DNA of 37,632 bases. Origin: a virus. Lineage: Duplodnaviria; Caudoviricetes. This document shows, in pieces, positions 9,561-18,467 of the stretch (position 1 is its first letter; every line of letters starts with the position of its first letter). The stretch covers positions 1-37,632 of the IMG/VR virus record IMGVR_UViG_3300020043_002248, one strand, 5' to 3'. A program made the translations under genes and the position numbers. The notes under the pieces were generated by a model. It saw nothing but the letters and a program-made list of their open reading frames with translations. It made no database searches and had not been told where the DNA came from.

Positions 9561-9899
9561 TTAGAATCCTTCTTTCTTGAATAGCTCAAAGGTGCAGATA
9601 GTGCTAAATGTGCTACCAGCCTCGCTAATCATCTTAATTGTGTCACCCTCTTCCATGACTACGTAGGCTCCACCATCAATACGGACATACTCTTTAGAGC
9701 TAACAGTATTTTGGTTTTGAACGTAGATGTCAGCCCCTGCGCTAGCATCAGTCCAGTAAGCTGTAATGTGCTTGGTAGAGCCTGTACCGTTAAAGATATA
9801 CATCAAGTTCCACTTAGCGTAGTAGCCAGTAGGAACTGTATAGACAGTGGTTAAAGTGTTTGCAGTAAGGTTTAAGCCTACTGTGACAGGACGTGCCAT
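9561..9899 (-). CDS. Putative virion structural protein
   Basis: 112 aa, beta-rich (TTVYTVP...VVMEEGDTI) within the structural operon. Confidence 0.6.
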   Translation of the reverse strand: MARPVTVGLNLTANTLTTVYTVPTGYYAKWNLMYIFNGTGSTKHITAYWTDASAGADIYVQNQNTVSSKEYVRIDGGAYVVMEEGDTIKMISEAGSTFSTICTFELFKKEGF

Positions 9900-10088
9900 T
9901 TACTTCTTCTTAGCCTTGTTCTTAGCTGTACGCTGTCCACGCATAGGCATCTTCGCCTCGCTCATAGCAATAGCAACAGCTTGTTTCTTGTCTTTAACGA
10001 CAGGACCGCCTTTACCGCTATGGAGAGTGCCTTCTTTGTACTCACCCATAACCTTACCTACTTTAGCGTTTTGTTTCTTAGTAGCCAT
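9900..10088 (-). CDS. Small basic protein, DUF6496-like
   Basis: KVxKVMxEYKxGTLHSGKGGPVVKxxKQAVAIAMSEA. Confidence 0.75.
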   Translation of the reverse strand: MATKKQNAKVGKVMGEYKEGTLHSGKGGPVVKDKKQAVAIAMSEAKMPMRGQRTAKNKAKKK

Positions 10089-10089
10089 A

Positions 10090-10362
10090 TTAGACGCTCA
10101 CTTTGACTGTGATAGTGCCTGATGTATAAGCGGTTACGTTAGCTCGGATGAAAGGAGGAGGATTGTCAATAGTGATAATACCGTTGGCAGTCAAAGCTGT
10201 ACCTATAGTTGCCCAATTAGTGTTGTCTACACTGCCTTGAGCAGCTACAGTCCCCACTGTGAGGCCAGAGATCTGCATGAAAGCAGGTTTATTGCTGTCA
10301 GTACCTACCGACAAAGAAGCGCCAGATGCTGTTACTGCGTTGAGAAGAGTGGTGAGTGCCAT
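10090..10362 (-). CDS. Putative virion structural protein
   Basis: 90 aa, T/A/G-rich beta protein (QGSVDNTNW...FIRANVT). Confidence 0.6.
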   Translation of the reverse strand: MALTTLLNAVTASGASLSVGTDSNKPAFMQISGLTVGTVAAQGSVDNTNWATIGTALTANGIITIDNPPPFIRANVTAYTSGTITVKVSV

Positions 10363-10370
10363 AGTGCTAT

Positions 10371-10399
10371 ATCCTATCTTATTTATTCAGATTTGTCAA
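10371..10399 (-). promoter_or_regulatory. Sigma70-type promoter
   Basis: TTGACA-17 nt-TAGGAT on - strand just upstream of ATG 10362. Confidence 0.6.
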
Positions 10400-10610
10400 G
10401 AGATTTAGTAACATTAGTTGTAACGTCTTTATAGATTTGGAGTACTTTATGTCCAATCATTAAAGCCGTATAGATCAAAGTAGCCCATAGAACCAGCTCC
10501 GATACTTGATATCCTGCTACGGTAGCTAAGCTCACTGTCACAGGAGGCGCTGCTTTGGTTAACAGAGCTACCCCTGTTTCAGTCGTTAAGTGATCTGCTG
10601 ACATGATCAC
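10383..10610 (-). CDS. Small membrane protein (holin-like)
   Basis: 75 aa with hydrophobic LVLWATLIYTALMIG followed by a charged tail. Confidence 0.55.
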   Translation of the reverse strand: MIMSADHLTTETGVALLTKAAPPVTVSLATVAGYQVSELVLWATLIYTALMIGHKVLQIYKDVTTNVTKSLDKSE

Positions 10611-10768
10611 TCGTCAGCCGGTTCAGGCGTATTTCCTTCAGCTATCCAAGCTAGGTATTGCTGGTAGTCTGTGTTGGACTGGTCGAATGGGATATATGTA
10701 TTATCAGCAGTTCTTAAAATTGAATTAACTACTAAGGCATTAAAATTATCTTTATATTGTTTGTACAT
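10607..10768 (-). CDS. Tail fibre-associated chaperone-like protein (53 aa, not in the ORF track)
   Basis: Translated by hand: MYKQYKDNFNALVVNSILRTADNTYIPFDQSNTDYQQYLAWIAEGNTPEPADE; IPxDxxNxDYQxYLxW motif directly after the fibre gene. Confidence 0.8.
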   Translation of the reverse strand: MYKQYKDNFNALVVNSILRTADNTYIPFDQSNTDYQQYLAWIAEGNTPEPADE

Positions 10769-10770
10769 AG

Positions 10771-11928
10771 TTACAACTCCGCAGATGCCTTAATTGATGA
10801 ACCAAGCCAATATACAAGTTCTCCAGCACTTGCGCTAGAGTATCCTGTGTTATACCAATAAATCTCACTTACATTTGGATTGGCAGAAATTGGTGCAACA
10901 GCACTTGTTTTATTACCGTTTGCCATGTCACCTCTAAAAGAACCAGATGTAGGCATTGTTAAACTTGGATTGCTTCTCATAGTAACAGGCAGTTTTGCTT
11001 TAAAAGCTGCTTGCGTTGAGCTATACACAACACCGATTCCTTCGTTTGATACTGTTTGATAATAATACCGGTAACACAAAGCCAACTCAGTACCATACGG
11101 GCGGTAGTCAAACGATGTGGCTGTGCTGCCTTTTTCTAGTTGAACGCCTGTGATGTAGAAGGTTGCTCCAGATGTGCCGACTACGCTGGTTGCGCCAGTC
11201 GCTGAAGTGTAGTTTGCACCCGCCCATGAACCCGCCGTTCCGCTATATGTAGAGCCAGTTCCTAAACTAAAAGTTAAATTAACGCCAATACCGTTTGTGG
11301 TCAACCAAGTTCCAGTTGTATCACCAGCAACGGTAACTGTTTTTTGTTCCCAAGTATTCGCTGCGCTAATCGTGTATGTAAATGGGTAGGAACGGTCCCC
11401 TGCTGAATTTCGCAAAGAACCACCAAAAGTGCCAGTCAGTAAACTACGAACCCAGAAAGACACAGTTACAGTTGCAGCATTGGCAGTCCCCCAAGCGAGA
11501 TCAGCGCAATTAAGACCTTCAATTCTCTGTTGAAATGTAAAGATTTCACCAGCGCCAACAGAGTAAGCGGAATTTGACGTAAAACCAAGGTAGTTTATAA
11601 ACCCAACTGGCGGTGTTACGGCTCCAGCATTTTGTTGCCAAGTTCCTTTAGTATCTAAACTAGCGTTGAATTGCCATCTGTCTACTGTGTAAGCACTTGC
11701 AGTACCACTAGCCCCCGCATTACGCTGGTCAATCATCATCGCACCATTGATGATGCGGTTCTTGAAGCCGTTAAAGTTAGCGCCAAGCTCTACGACGTTG
11801 CCACCTGAGTCTTCAGTAAAGATCTTCTTATCAGTGACGTTAATTGCTAACTCACCTTGTACAAGATCACTAGATGTAGGCTTAGCATTAGCCGTACTAC
11901 TGTTTTTAATCTTAATTGTTGCTGCCAT
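10771..11928 (-). CDS. Tail fibre / receptor-binding protein
   Basis: N-terminal IKIKxS...LxxGELAIN module; FKNRIINGxMxIDQR...GVQLEKGSTATSF...ELALCxRYY carbohydrate-binding-like domain. Confidence 0.8.
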   Translation of the reverse strand: MAATIKIKNSSTANAKPTSSDLVQGELAINVTDKKIFTEDSGGNVVELGANFNGFKNRIINGAMMIDQRNAGASGTASAYTVDRWQFNASLDTKGTWQQNAGAVTPPVGFINYLGFTSNSAYSVGAGEIFTFQQRIEGLNCADLAWGTANAATVTVSFWVRSLLTGTFGGSLRNSAGDRSYPFTYTISAANTWEQKTVTVAGDTTGTWLTTNGIGVNLTFSLGTGSTYSGTAGSWAGANYTSATGATSVVGTSGATFYITGVQLEKGSTATSFDYRPYGTELALCYRYYYQTVSNEGIGVVYSSTQAAFKAKLPVTMRSNPSLTMPTSGSFRGDMANGNKTSAVAPISANPNVSEIYWYNTGYSSASAGELVYWLGSSIKASAEL

Positions 11929-11958
11929 AATTATGTTTCCTTCAGTACATTAAGTACG

Positions 11959-13272
11959 TTAGTAGGTTCCCCCGTCGATAGTTCCAGAAAGTTTAGATGC
12001 GTCTAAAGTAGACGAAGATGTTAAATATCCAGCTGAGGCATGATTGCCCCACCCGTAAGCTGTATTCCAGTTACTCGTATTCCCACCTGCGTAAGTAGTA
12101 GCTGTAATAGTAGTTCCGGTGATGGCAGCAGCTGTTGTAGCCCCAATAGTCACATTGTTCATGGAGGACAATGTAGCTGGATTTATCCTTACAGTTCCTG
12201 TTCCGGTAGGACTTATATCAACCTGAGCGTTAGCTGGGTTTAAGTTAGCAGCAACATCAAAAGTTAGGTTATTTCCGCCGCCGCTGCCCCACTGAAGCTG
12301 AGAAGTTCCTGAAGCGTTACGAAGAGCACCGCCACCTGAGCCAGAAGCATCAAAATAAGAACTTACAAACTTAGTTGAGGCTGTTACTATAGGGCTAGTT
12401 ACAGAAGTGCTAAATGTTTTAGCTCCTGCGACTGTTTCAGTACCTGTATTATGTACAACTGCACTATCTACCGCATAGCCTGCACTTGCGTGATTACCCC
12501 ATCCATAGGCTGTGTTCCAGTTTGTCTGACTAGCCGTAGTAGGTAGAGAGTATCCAGTATCAAAAGTAAGCGCTAAAGTACCTGAGCTAGTAACAGGCGT
12601 ACCGCTAATGGCAAAGCCTGTAGGCACTGTAGCAGCCACGCTAGTGACTGTGCCTGTGTAAGTCTCAGTTGTTAAGTAGCCAGCTGAAGCATGGTTTCCC
12701 CAACCGTAGGCAGTATCCCACTCAGTTTGTTTAGCTGTTGTAGGGATAGCATAACCTGAAGCATATGTAACAGCCAAAGTCCCTGTAGTAGTCACGGGGG
12801 AGCCAGCAACAGACAAACCAGTTGGGACAGACATAGCAACTGAAGTTACAGTGCCAGTACCTGCTGAAGGAAGATCGGTAAGATCATTATATGATCCTGT
12901 AGTAGCCACAGTAGACAAGTCACCGGGCTGTACAGCTGAGTCAGCTAATGTACCTTGAGCAGCAGTAGCAAAGTAACCTACATCTTCAGCAGCTGATGTA
13001 CCCAACGTAGGTTTATTAGTCAGGTCATCGTAGTCACCTGATGTAGCAACTGTAGCTAAGTCAGCAGATTGAAGAGCTGTGTCAGCTTTAGCGCCTTGAG
13101 CGGCTGTAGCGTATGCTGAAGCATCAGTAGTGGCAGCGGAGCCTAGGCCTAAATTAGTACGTGCTCCAGAGGCCGTAGAAGACCCTGTACCACCTTGTGA
13201 AATAGCAAGAAGGATAACTTCGGACTCGACAAGCCCGTCTAAGCTTCCTCCATTGCCCCTGTAAATTGCCAT
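11959..13272 (-). CDS. Tail fibre shaft protein with internal repeats
   Basis: T/A/G/S-rich; WxTAYGWGNHASAGY x3, TGTVTSVA x2, ATAAQG x2, LxTVATxGxYxDL x2. Confidence 0.8.
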   Translation of the reverse strand: MAIYRGNGGSLDGLVESEVILLAISQGGTGSSTASGARTNLGLGSAATTDASAYATAAQGAKADTALQSADLATVATSGDYDDLTNKPTLGTSAAEDVGYFATAAQGTLADSAVQPGDLSTVATTGSYNDLTDLPSAGTGTVTSVAMSVPTGLSVAGSPVTTTGTLAVTYASGYAIPTTAKQTEWDTAYGWGNHASAGYLTTETYTGTVTSVAATVPTGFAISGTPVTSSGTLALTFDTGYSLPTTASQTNWNTAYGWGNHASAGYAVDSAVVHNTGTETVAGAKTFSTSVTSPIVTASTKFVSSYFDASGSGGGALRNASGTSQLQWGSGGGNNLTFDVAANLNPANAQVDISPTGTGTVRINPATLSSMNNVTIGATTAAAITGTTITATTYAGGNTSNWNTAYGWGNHASAGYLTSSSTLDASKLSGTIDGGTY

Positions 13273-13275
13273 TTA

Positions 13276-13461
13276 TTATTCGTCCTTGTTTTTAGGAGGT
13301 CGTCCAGCACGTTTTTTGGTTACCTCGGTTGTCTGAGCTTCTACTTCCTGCTCTTGTTCAACAACCTCTACGTACCCATCGTGACCGACCATACTGTCAA
13401 TATCTACTTGTTGAGTAAATTCGACGATGTTCCCTGATACCAGACATCTAAATTTAGCCAT
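13276..13461 (-). CDS. Hypothetical protein
   Basis: 61 aa with basic KKRAGRPPK tail. Confidence 0.65.
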   Translation of the reverse strand: MAKFRCLVSGNIVEFTQQVDIDSMVGHDGYVEVVEQEQEVEAQTTEVTKKRAGRPPKNKDE

Positions 13462-13479
13462 TTTATTTTCTCTCTATCT

Positions 13480-13543
13480 CTTTTTAAAAACCACACTTTG
13501 TAGTCTTTAAAAAGCCCCCTCTCCGTATAAGATAGAGAAGGGG
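13480..13543 (-). terminator. Terminator hairpin followed by a second overlapping hairpin
   Basis: - strand CCCCTTCTCT/GGAGAGGGGG stem then CTTTTT; that T run starts the stem CTTTTTAAAGACTAC/GTGGTTTTTAAAAAG. Confidence 0.65.
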
Positions 13544-13583
13544 TAAAACTATTTATTATATTTGTTTTTATCGGTTTTCTGTA

Positions 13584-13907
13584 TTAAGCCAGACGACCAA
13601 CAACCACGCGAACGGTTGTAGAAGCCAAGTTAACAGTACCACCTGATTCGTTTTGCAAGCGCAAAGTTACGGTATCAGCAGCAGACACGTAAGCGTGACA
13701 AACCACACCAGCTTTGTCCACACCAAAAGAGAAACCCAACACCATATCGCCCAAGGCAACGCCCGGAACGGTAACAGTGTCGCTTTCACCAGCACCGTCA
13801 ATCAACGAGCCAGCATCCAGAGTACAGGTCACTTTAAACATTTCAGAGAACATGCCCTGAAATTGCTTAGTGCCTCGCTCAACAACAACAGCGGTAGCAG
13901 CAGCCAT
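13584..13907 (-). CDS. Putative capsid decoration / cement protein
   Basis: 107 aa, beta-rich (TVTVPGVALGD...AYVSAADTVT) directly after the capsid gene. Confidence 0.6.
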   Translation of the reverse strand: MAAATAVVVERGTKQFQGMFSEMFKVTCTLDAGSLIDGAGESDTVTVPGVALGDMVLGFSFGVDKAGVVCHAYVSAADTVTLRLQNESGGTVNLASTTVRVVVGRLA

Positions 13908-13942
13908 GATTATTTCCTTTAAAGTTTAATTAAAATACGAAG

Positions 13943-13971
13943 AAGAGGAGAACCTTATGAGTCCTCCTCTT
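13943..13971 (-). terminator. Stem-loop after the major capsid gene (terminator or mRNA stabiliser)
   Basis: - strand AAGAGGAGGAC-TCATAAG-GTTCTCCTCTT followed by a pyrimidine-rich tail. Confidence 0.6.
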
Positions 13972-13980
13972 GTACTTCAA

Positions 13981-14928
13981 TTAGGCTGGAACAACCAGAG
14001 CAACAGCACCGTCATCACGCAACTCAGCCACGCCGTACAAAGTATCAGCAGTGAACAAGTTAGCGAGGAATTGCTGTTGGTACTGAGTCTGCGAACGCAC
14101 ACCCATTTGCTCCACCAACACGAAGGCATCGCGGTGAGCCATCAAAGCAACACGTGCTGATTGAGCTGTACCTGAACCATCGTTAGCATCGTTAGGAGTA
14201 TCAGCGTTGCTCGACACAAACACAGACACGCCATACAAGCTACCCACTTCACCGTTACGGATAGTGTTACCTTGACCAGCTTCACCAACGAAAGCTTGCT
14301 CGGTGTAACGAGACAAACCCATCAAAGTGTTACGGCTTGAAGGAGGGATGATGAAGAAACGACCGTCCATAGGAGTGTCCACGTCGTCCAAACGCTGAAT
14401 AGTGCGGCGGATAGCAGCATCAGTCAAAGCAGCTTGGTTGTCAGTGGTGTAGTCATAAGCGGTAGTACCGTCAGAACCGATGTAAGCACCTGCGTAACGA
14501 GCACCAGCGCCACTGTTAACAGTACGGCCCAACTGGATGATGTCAGAGTCAACTTGCTTGCCCAAAGCGTAACCAGCGTCTTCAGTGTAGAAAGAACGCA
14601 AGCTGTTCAATGCTTGAGTAGCAACGATGTCTTCAATCAAACGGCTGTATTCGTAGTGTTTGTTGATGTACACTGGAATATCAGTATCGGTGTTAGCGAT
14701 CAAAGTCACTGCGTTAGCAGCAGTCTTGGCAGAGGCAGAACCACGTGAAGGGCTAGGAATGTGAACGGTGTCACCTTTCTTGCCACGGTGAGACATTTTC
14801 TTGATGAGGTTAGCTGCAACCAAGTTTTTCTTGTATGCGGCAACGATCTCATCGGACCAAATCTCAGGGATAAACGCATCAGCGTTGGAAGTTGTAACAG
14901 CATTGGTTGCTGCAAAAGTAGCGGCCAT
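13981..14928 (-). CDS. Major capsid protein
   Basis: FIPEIWS, GDTVHIP, GEVGSLYGV and DTLYGV motifs; follows the scaffold gene; 315 aa. Confidence 0.9.
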   Translation of the reverse strand: MAATFAATNAVTTSNADAFIPEIWSDEIVAAYKKNLVAANLIKKMSHRGKKGDTVHIPSPSRGSASAKTAANAVTLIANTDTDIPVYINKHYEYSRLIEDIVATQALNSLRSFYTEDAGYALGKQVDSDIIQLGRTVNSGAGARYAGAYIGSDGTTAYDYTTDNQAALTDAAIRRTIQRLDDVDTPMDGRFFIIPPSSRNTLMGLSRYTEQAFVGEAGQGNTIRNGEVGSLYGVSVFVSSNADTPNDANDGSGTAQSARVALMAHRDAFVLVEQMGVRSQTQYQQQFLANLFTADTLYGVAELRDDGAVALVVPA

Positions 14929-14962
14929 TTTTAAAGCTCCTAGATAATATTAAAAATAAAAT

Positions 14963-15745
14963 TTATTTAACACGACCTTCTTGATATGCGCGCATAATGT
15001 CGTCAGACAAAGCTTCATATCGAGCGGGGTCAGTCATACGTAGACGGATTAGATCAGCCCGTCGATAAACCTTCTTAGAGGATTCACCAGTACCGCCTAC
15101 ATCTACTCCAGCAGCCTTCATCGCAGTTTGACGGGCAACTTCTCCAGCTGCTTTAGTCTCTTGTGCTTTGATAGACTTGATCTGTTTGAATGTAGACAAC
15201 AACTCATTGGCACTGTCATAATCATACTCAGCGTCTGCTTTAGTGTACAAGCCCATGCGAACGGGTGATAATTTTACCCAGTTAACGAACTCAGGATCTT
15301 GTACAACTTGTGTGAAATCAGGGTGATCTGAATTCAACTTCTGCTGAATCTGCATCTTCTTGAAGTGCATTGCAGCTTCACGAGCAGCAATTACATCAGG
15401 GTGAGACGACAGTTCTTTTTGAATTGCTCTTTTGGGATCTTCAAAAAAGTCAATTTCAGGCTCTTGTGGTTCAATATATTGAGTTTTATTTGATGCGAGA
15501 CTTTGCTTTAGTAGTTCATCAGCTAACTTACGAACCTCACCAACTTCTTGAGCTTGCTTACCAATAAGCTTCTCAGCCTCTTGGTGCATCTTAATGACAT
15601 CTTCTGCTGTCTTACCCTTGTATTTCTCGGGGACTTCAAAAGATGATAGTTGCTGTGGTTCCTGAGTTTGCTTTGCTGTCTGCTGCATCTCTACAGCTTC
15701 AAGTTCACTACCCATGCCCAACTCTTCGTTGTCATCTACTAACAT
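14963..15745 (-). CDS. Capsid scaffolding protein
   Basis: Acidic helical protein with PEKYKGK and a C-terminal IMRAYQEGRVK; precedes the capsid gene. Confidence 0.8.
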   Translation of the reverse strand: MLVDDNEELGMGSELEAVEMQQTAKQTQEPQQLSSFEVPEKYKGKTAEDVIKMHQEAEKLIGKQAQEVGEVRKLADELLKQSLASNKTQYIEPQEPEIDFFEDPKRAIQKELSSHPDVIAAREAAMHFKKMQIQQKLNSDHPDFTQVVQDPEFVNWVKLSPVRMGLYTKADAEYDYDSANELLSTFKQIKSIKAQETKAAGEVARQTAMKAAGVDVGGTGESSKKVYRRADLIRLRMTDPARYEALSDDIMRAYQEGRVK

Positions 15746-15826
15746 ATTGCTTTCCTTTCCTGCCGGTATAACGGTTCTAGGATATAATTTAAAAATAGAA
15801 ACTACTACTCGGCCTTTTAATATGGC

Positions 15827-16060
15827 TTATGAGGTTTGTTTTCTCTCTTGAACAAGCTTTTCAGCGTGTTTTCGCTCCCATGCGTCATAAGCACTTGGAA
15901 AAGAGCCTGTAATGCCTTCTAACTTCATCATAGGAGCAGAGACTATTCGATCAGCTTTGGAACCACACTCTTTACAGGGCATGGTGAATTCCTCAGCGTC
16001 AATGAAAGCCTCGGTTTTATGGGAATTCTCACAGAAAAATTCAAATATGCGACGAGCCAT
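15827..16060 (-). CDS. FmdB-like zinc-ribbon protein
   Basis: IFEFFCxxxH...CKECG...RIVSAP. Confidence 0.7.
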   Translation of the reverse strand: MARRIFEFFCENSHKTEAFIDAEEFTMPCKECGSKADRIVSAPMMKLEGITGSFPSAYDAWERKHAEKLVQERKQTS

Positions 16061-16062
16061 AA

Positions 16063-16308
16063 TTAAATGTCCTCATTCGCTGTTTGAAGATCTTCGTAAG
16101 TCTTCTCATACGAGCTTTTCAGCCCTAAAAGCCAATTCAAGATATCAAGCTGTCCTTTACGGAAATAAAGTTCTTGTGTGTCCGCGACAGTTGATAGATC
16201 GTTATAATTAGCTTTAACCTTTTGAAGGTCCTCCACAAGATCTTTCCACCCTAAGGTAGCCATCATAGAGAACGCTTCTTCATAAAATTTCTGTAGTTCT
16301 TTATCCAT
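16063..16308 (-). CDS. Hypothetical protein between portal and scaffold
   Basis: 81 aa helical ORF with a promoter upstream. Confidence 0.7.
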   Translation of the reverse strand: MDKELQKFYEEAFSMMATLGWKDLVEDLQKVKANYNDLSTVADTQELYFRKGQLDILNWLLGLKSSYEKTYEDLQTANEDI

Positions 16309-16337
16309 TCGGAGAACCTAATAGTTAATAAGGGTGT

Positions 16338-16366
16338 ACTGTATAGTACTTTAATGTCTTTGTCAA
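16338..16366 (-). promoter_or_regulatory. Sigma70-type promoter for the scaffold/capsid block
   Basis: TTGACA-17 nt-TACAGT on - strand. Confidence 0.65.
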
Positions 16367-16390
16367 CCCCTTTGTACTACTTATTTACAT

Positions 16391-18397
16391 TTATTGTAAT
16401 TTATTTTGCTTATTCATCATCTGCATAGTGGCAATGCGCTCATTTGAGGCAATATCTGCTACTTTCAGGTTCACATTCTTCTCTTTGAGCATCAAGTCAG
16501 CTAGTTTTAAGCGTTTCTCGAAGTCATCACCTTGATTCAGGTTAGTAGAAGCTGCTTCAACCATCTTAGCTTGCAGCTCAATAGGCATCATCTGTGTTTC
16601 CACTTGTGTCTGCTGTGCGTTAGCAGCTTTTTCAGCTGTTTGAGCTTGCACCAGAGCCAACTGAGCCTGCAAGGTCTGCAACTGGAGCTGTTGCTGCATC
16701 ATTTGAGCTTGTTGCTGCTGAGGATCAGGCTGAGACATCTTATCCAAAGCAGCCATCATCTCGTAACGGTTAGTCAGAGAGCTGTTTGATACGATACCCT
16801 TCAAGATAACAGGCAAAACAGGAGTATTAGGGCCGAGAGTCTGCAACAAAGCGATAAACTGTTGTTGTTCGTACTCACGAGCCATGATACCCAAGGTAGC
16901 TGTAGGCATGAAGTTCATGTCAACTGAGGGATAACGCTCAGGATCGAACTGCATATAGCGGAAAGCTGCCTTCTTGATGAAAGGAATCAGGAAATCTTCT
17001 TGGAAGTTAGTCAAGGTACGCTTGTACTTCTTGATGATTGCTCCCATAGCTGCTGACATACCAGCACCTCCAGCGTCACGAGACACGTTAGATACCATGC
17101 CTTGAGAGTCCAGAGTTCCTGTAGCTTGCAAAAGCATACGCTCGAAAGCTTGAGCTGTCTGAAGGTTGTTGCCGTCTGTTACACCAAACTTAAATGGCTG
17201 GAGAATCTCGTTAGGATTGCCGTTTGTAAGGATAGCTTTACCGGGTTTAACTTCAAACTTAGCACCACGTGGCAGACGAGTAGCGTCGATACCGATCATA
17301 GGAGCTGTAGTAAGGGCCAGAGAGTCCATGTGGCTACGCATCTGGGCATCAATAGCCTTCTGCATATTGTAAGCCTTCTCTACCGTACCACGACCCAACA
17401 AGCGGTTAGGCACTGTATCGTCTTGGTAAGCGATAACAGGACGATCCTTCATCATGTAAGGATTCTCTTCAGCCTTCAAGAGCAAGGAGTCGTTGGCGAT
17501 AACGACAATGGCTTCAACCAAGTCAGTGTACTCGTCAGCGTCGCTCTCTTCAGGGAACAAGTCCATCAGCTCTTCTGTGGCTCCCAAGTCAGTGATATAC
17601 TCACGTGGGACTAAGCCGTAGTATGTCAGAAGCTTGACTTTGTCGGTTTGGAACTGAGAGTCTTCTTGGGTAACTTCCAAGTCCTCAGTGTCGTACATGG
17701 GACCAATGTTGACCTTACGATAGATACCGTCTTCGATACCTTTGACAATCTTGTGCAAGCCTACGTACTTTTCAACTGCTACACCAAGGCAGTCATCAAT
17801 GGATGTACCGTTAGGGTCAAACAGGAAGTTCTTAGGGTTGACAGGGATGATCTTAACTGCTGTACGGTCTTTCTCTTGAACGCCAATAGCAGCTTGACCA
17901 ACAATACCGGGGATAGCTTGAGTAGCTGGAACGTACTCTTTTTCCGTCTTGACTACAATCTCACCAATACCTGTACCGTAGATCTCAGCCATCAATTCAA
18001 TCTGGTCTACAGCTTTACGGATCTTATCCTTCTTAAAGTCATCAGCCAACTGAGCTTTAATCAGGGACACATCAATGTCGTTACCGTTAACGTCTTGAAC
18101 GTCATCTTCGATATCAAAGAAGTCACCTTGACCGAAGATAGCTTCCATGATCTCAGCGTGGCGAGTCTCAACAGCTTGCTGAGTAGCAGGGGAGATGATA
18201 CGTGAGCGCTCAGAGTCACGAGTCTTGTCTTCAGAAGCCCATACACCACGGAAAATACGCTCGTATTCGTCCCACAGTTCTAGGTAGTTGCTGTTACGCC
18301 AGTCACGCCAGCTATCGCAGTGACCTGTAACGTAGCTTACCAAGTCCTTATCAGACTCTGTAGGCTCTTCAAATTCTGGAGCTTTTGTGTTTTCCAT
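16391..18397 (-). CDS. Portal protein
   Basis: 668 aa between terminase and scaffold, with a Q-rich C-terminal coiled barrel as in P22-like portals. Confidence 0.85.
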   Translation of the reverse strand: MENTKAPEFEEPTESDKDLVSYVTGHCDSWRDWRNSNYLELWDEYERIFRGVWASEDKTRDSERSRIISPATQQAVETRHAEIMEAIFGQGDFFDIEDDVQDVNGNDIDVSLIKAQLADDFKKDKIRKAVDQIELMAEIYGTGIGEIVVKTEKEYVPATQAIPGIVGQAAIGVQEKDRTAVKIIPVNPKNFLFDPNGTSIDDCLGVAVEKYVGLHKIVKGIEDGIYRKVNIGPMYDTEDLEVTQEDSQFQTDKVKLLTYYGLVPREYITDLGATEELMDLFPEESDADEYTDLVEAIVVIANDSLLLKAEENPYMMKDRPVIAYQDDTVPNRLLGRGTVEKAYNMQKAIDAQMRSHMDSLALTTAPMIGIDATRLPRGAKFEVKPGKAILTNGNPNEILQPFKFGVTDGNNLQTAQAFERMLLQATGTLDSQGMVSNVSRDAGGAGMSAAMGAIIKKYKRTLTNFQEDFLIPFIKKAAFRYMQFDPERYPSVDMNFMPTATLGIMAREYEQQQFIALLQTLGPNTPVLPVILKGIVSNSSLTNRYEMMAALDKMSQPDPQQQQAQMMQQQLQLQTLQAQLALVQAQTAEKAANAQQTQVETQMMPIELQAKMVEAASTNLNQGDDFEKRLKLADLMLKEKNVNLKVADIASNERIATMQMMNKQNKLQ

Positions 18398-18433
18398 TGT
18401 ATCTTAGTTATTTCTATTTAATAATTAAACGCG

Positions 18434-18462
18434 ACTCTACACTATTTTGCTTACTTTGTCAA
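18434..18462 (-). promoter_or_regulatory. Sigma70-type promoter for the portal gene
   Basis: TTGACA-17 nt-TAGAGT on - strand. Confidence 0.6.
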
Positions 18463-18467
18463 CTATT

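Noticed and set aside
10771-11928. Diversity-generating retroelement target (Mtd-like N-terminus)
   Set aside because: No reverse transcriptase and no template/variable repeat pair seen in the genome
16532-18249. Long antisense and alternate-frame ORFs over the portal gene (and similar ones over capsid, ejection, helicase and RNR genes)
   Set aside because: They are shadow frames of strongly supported genes, with no motifs or clear RBS
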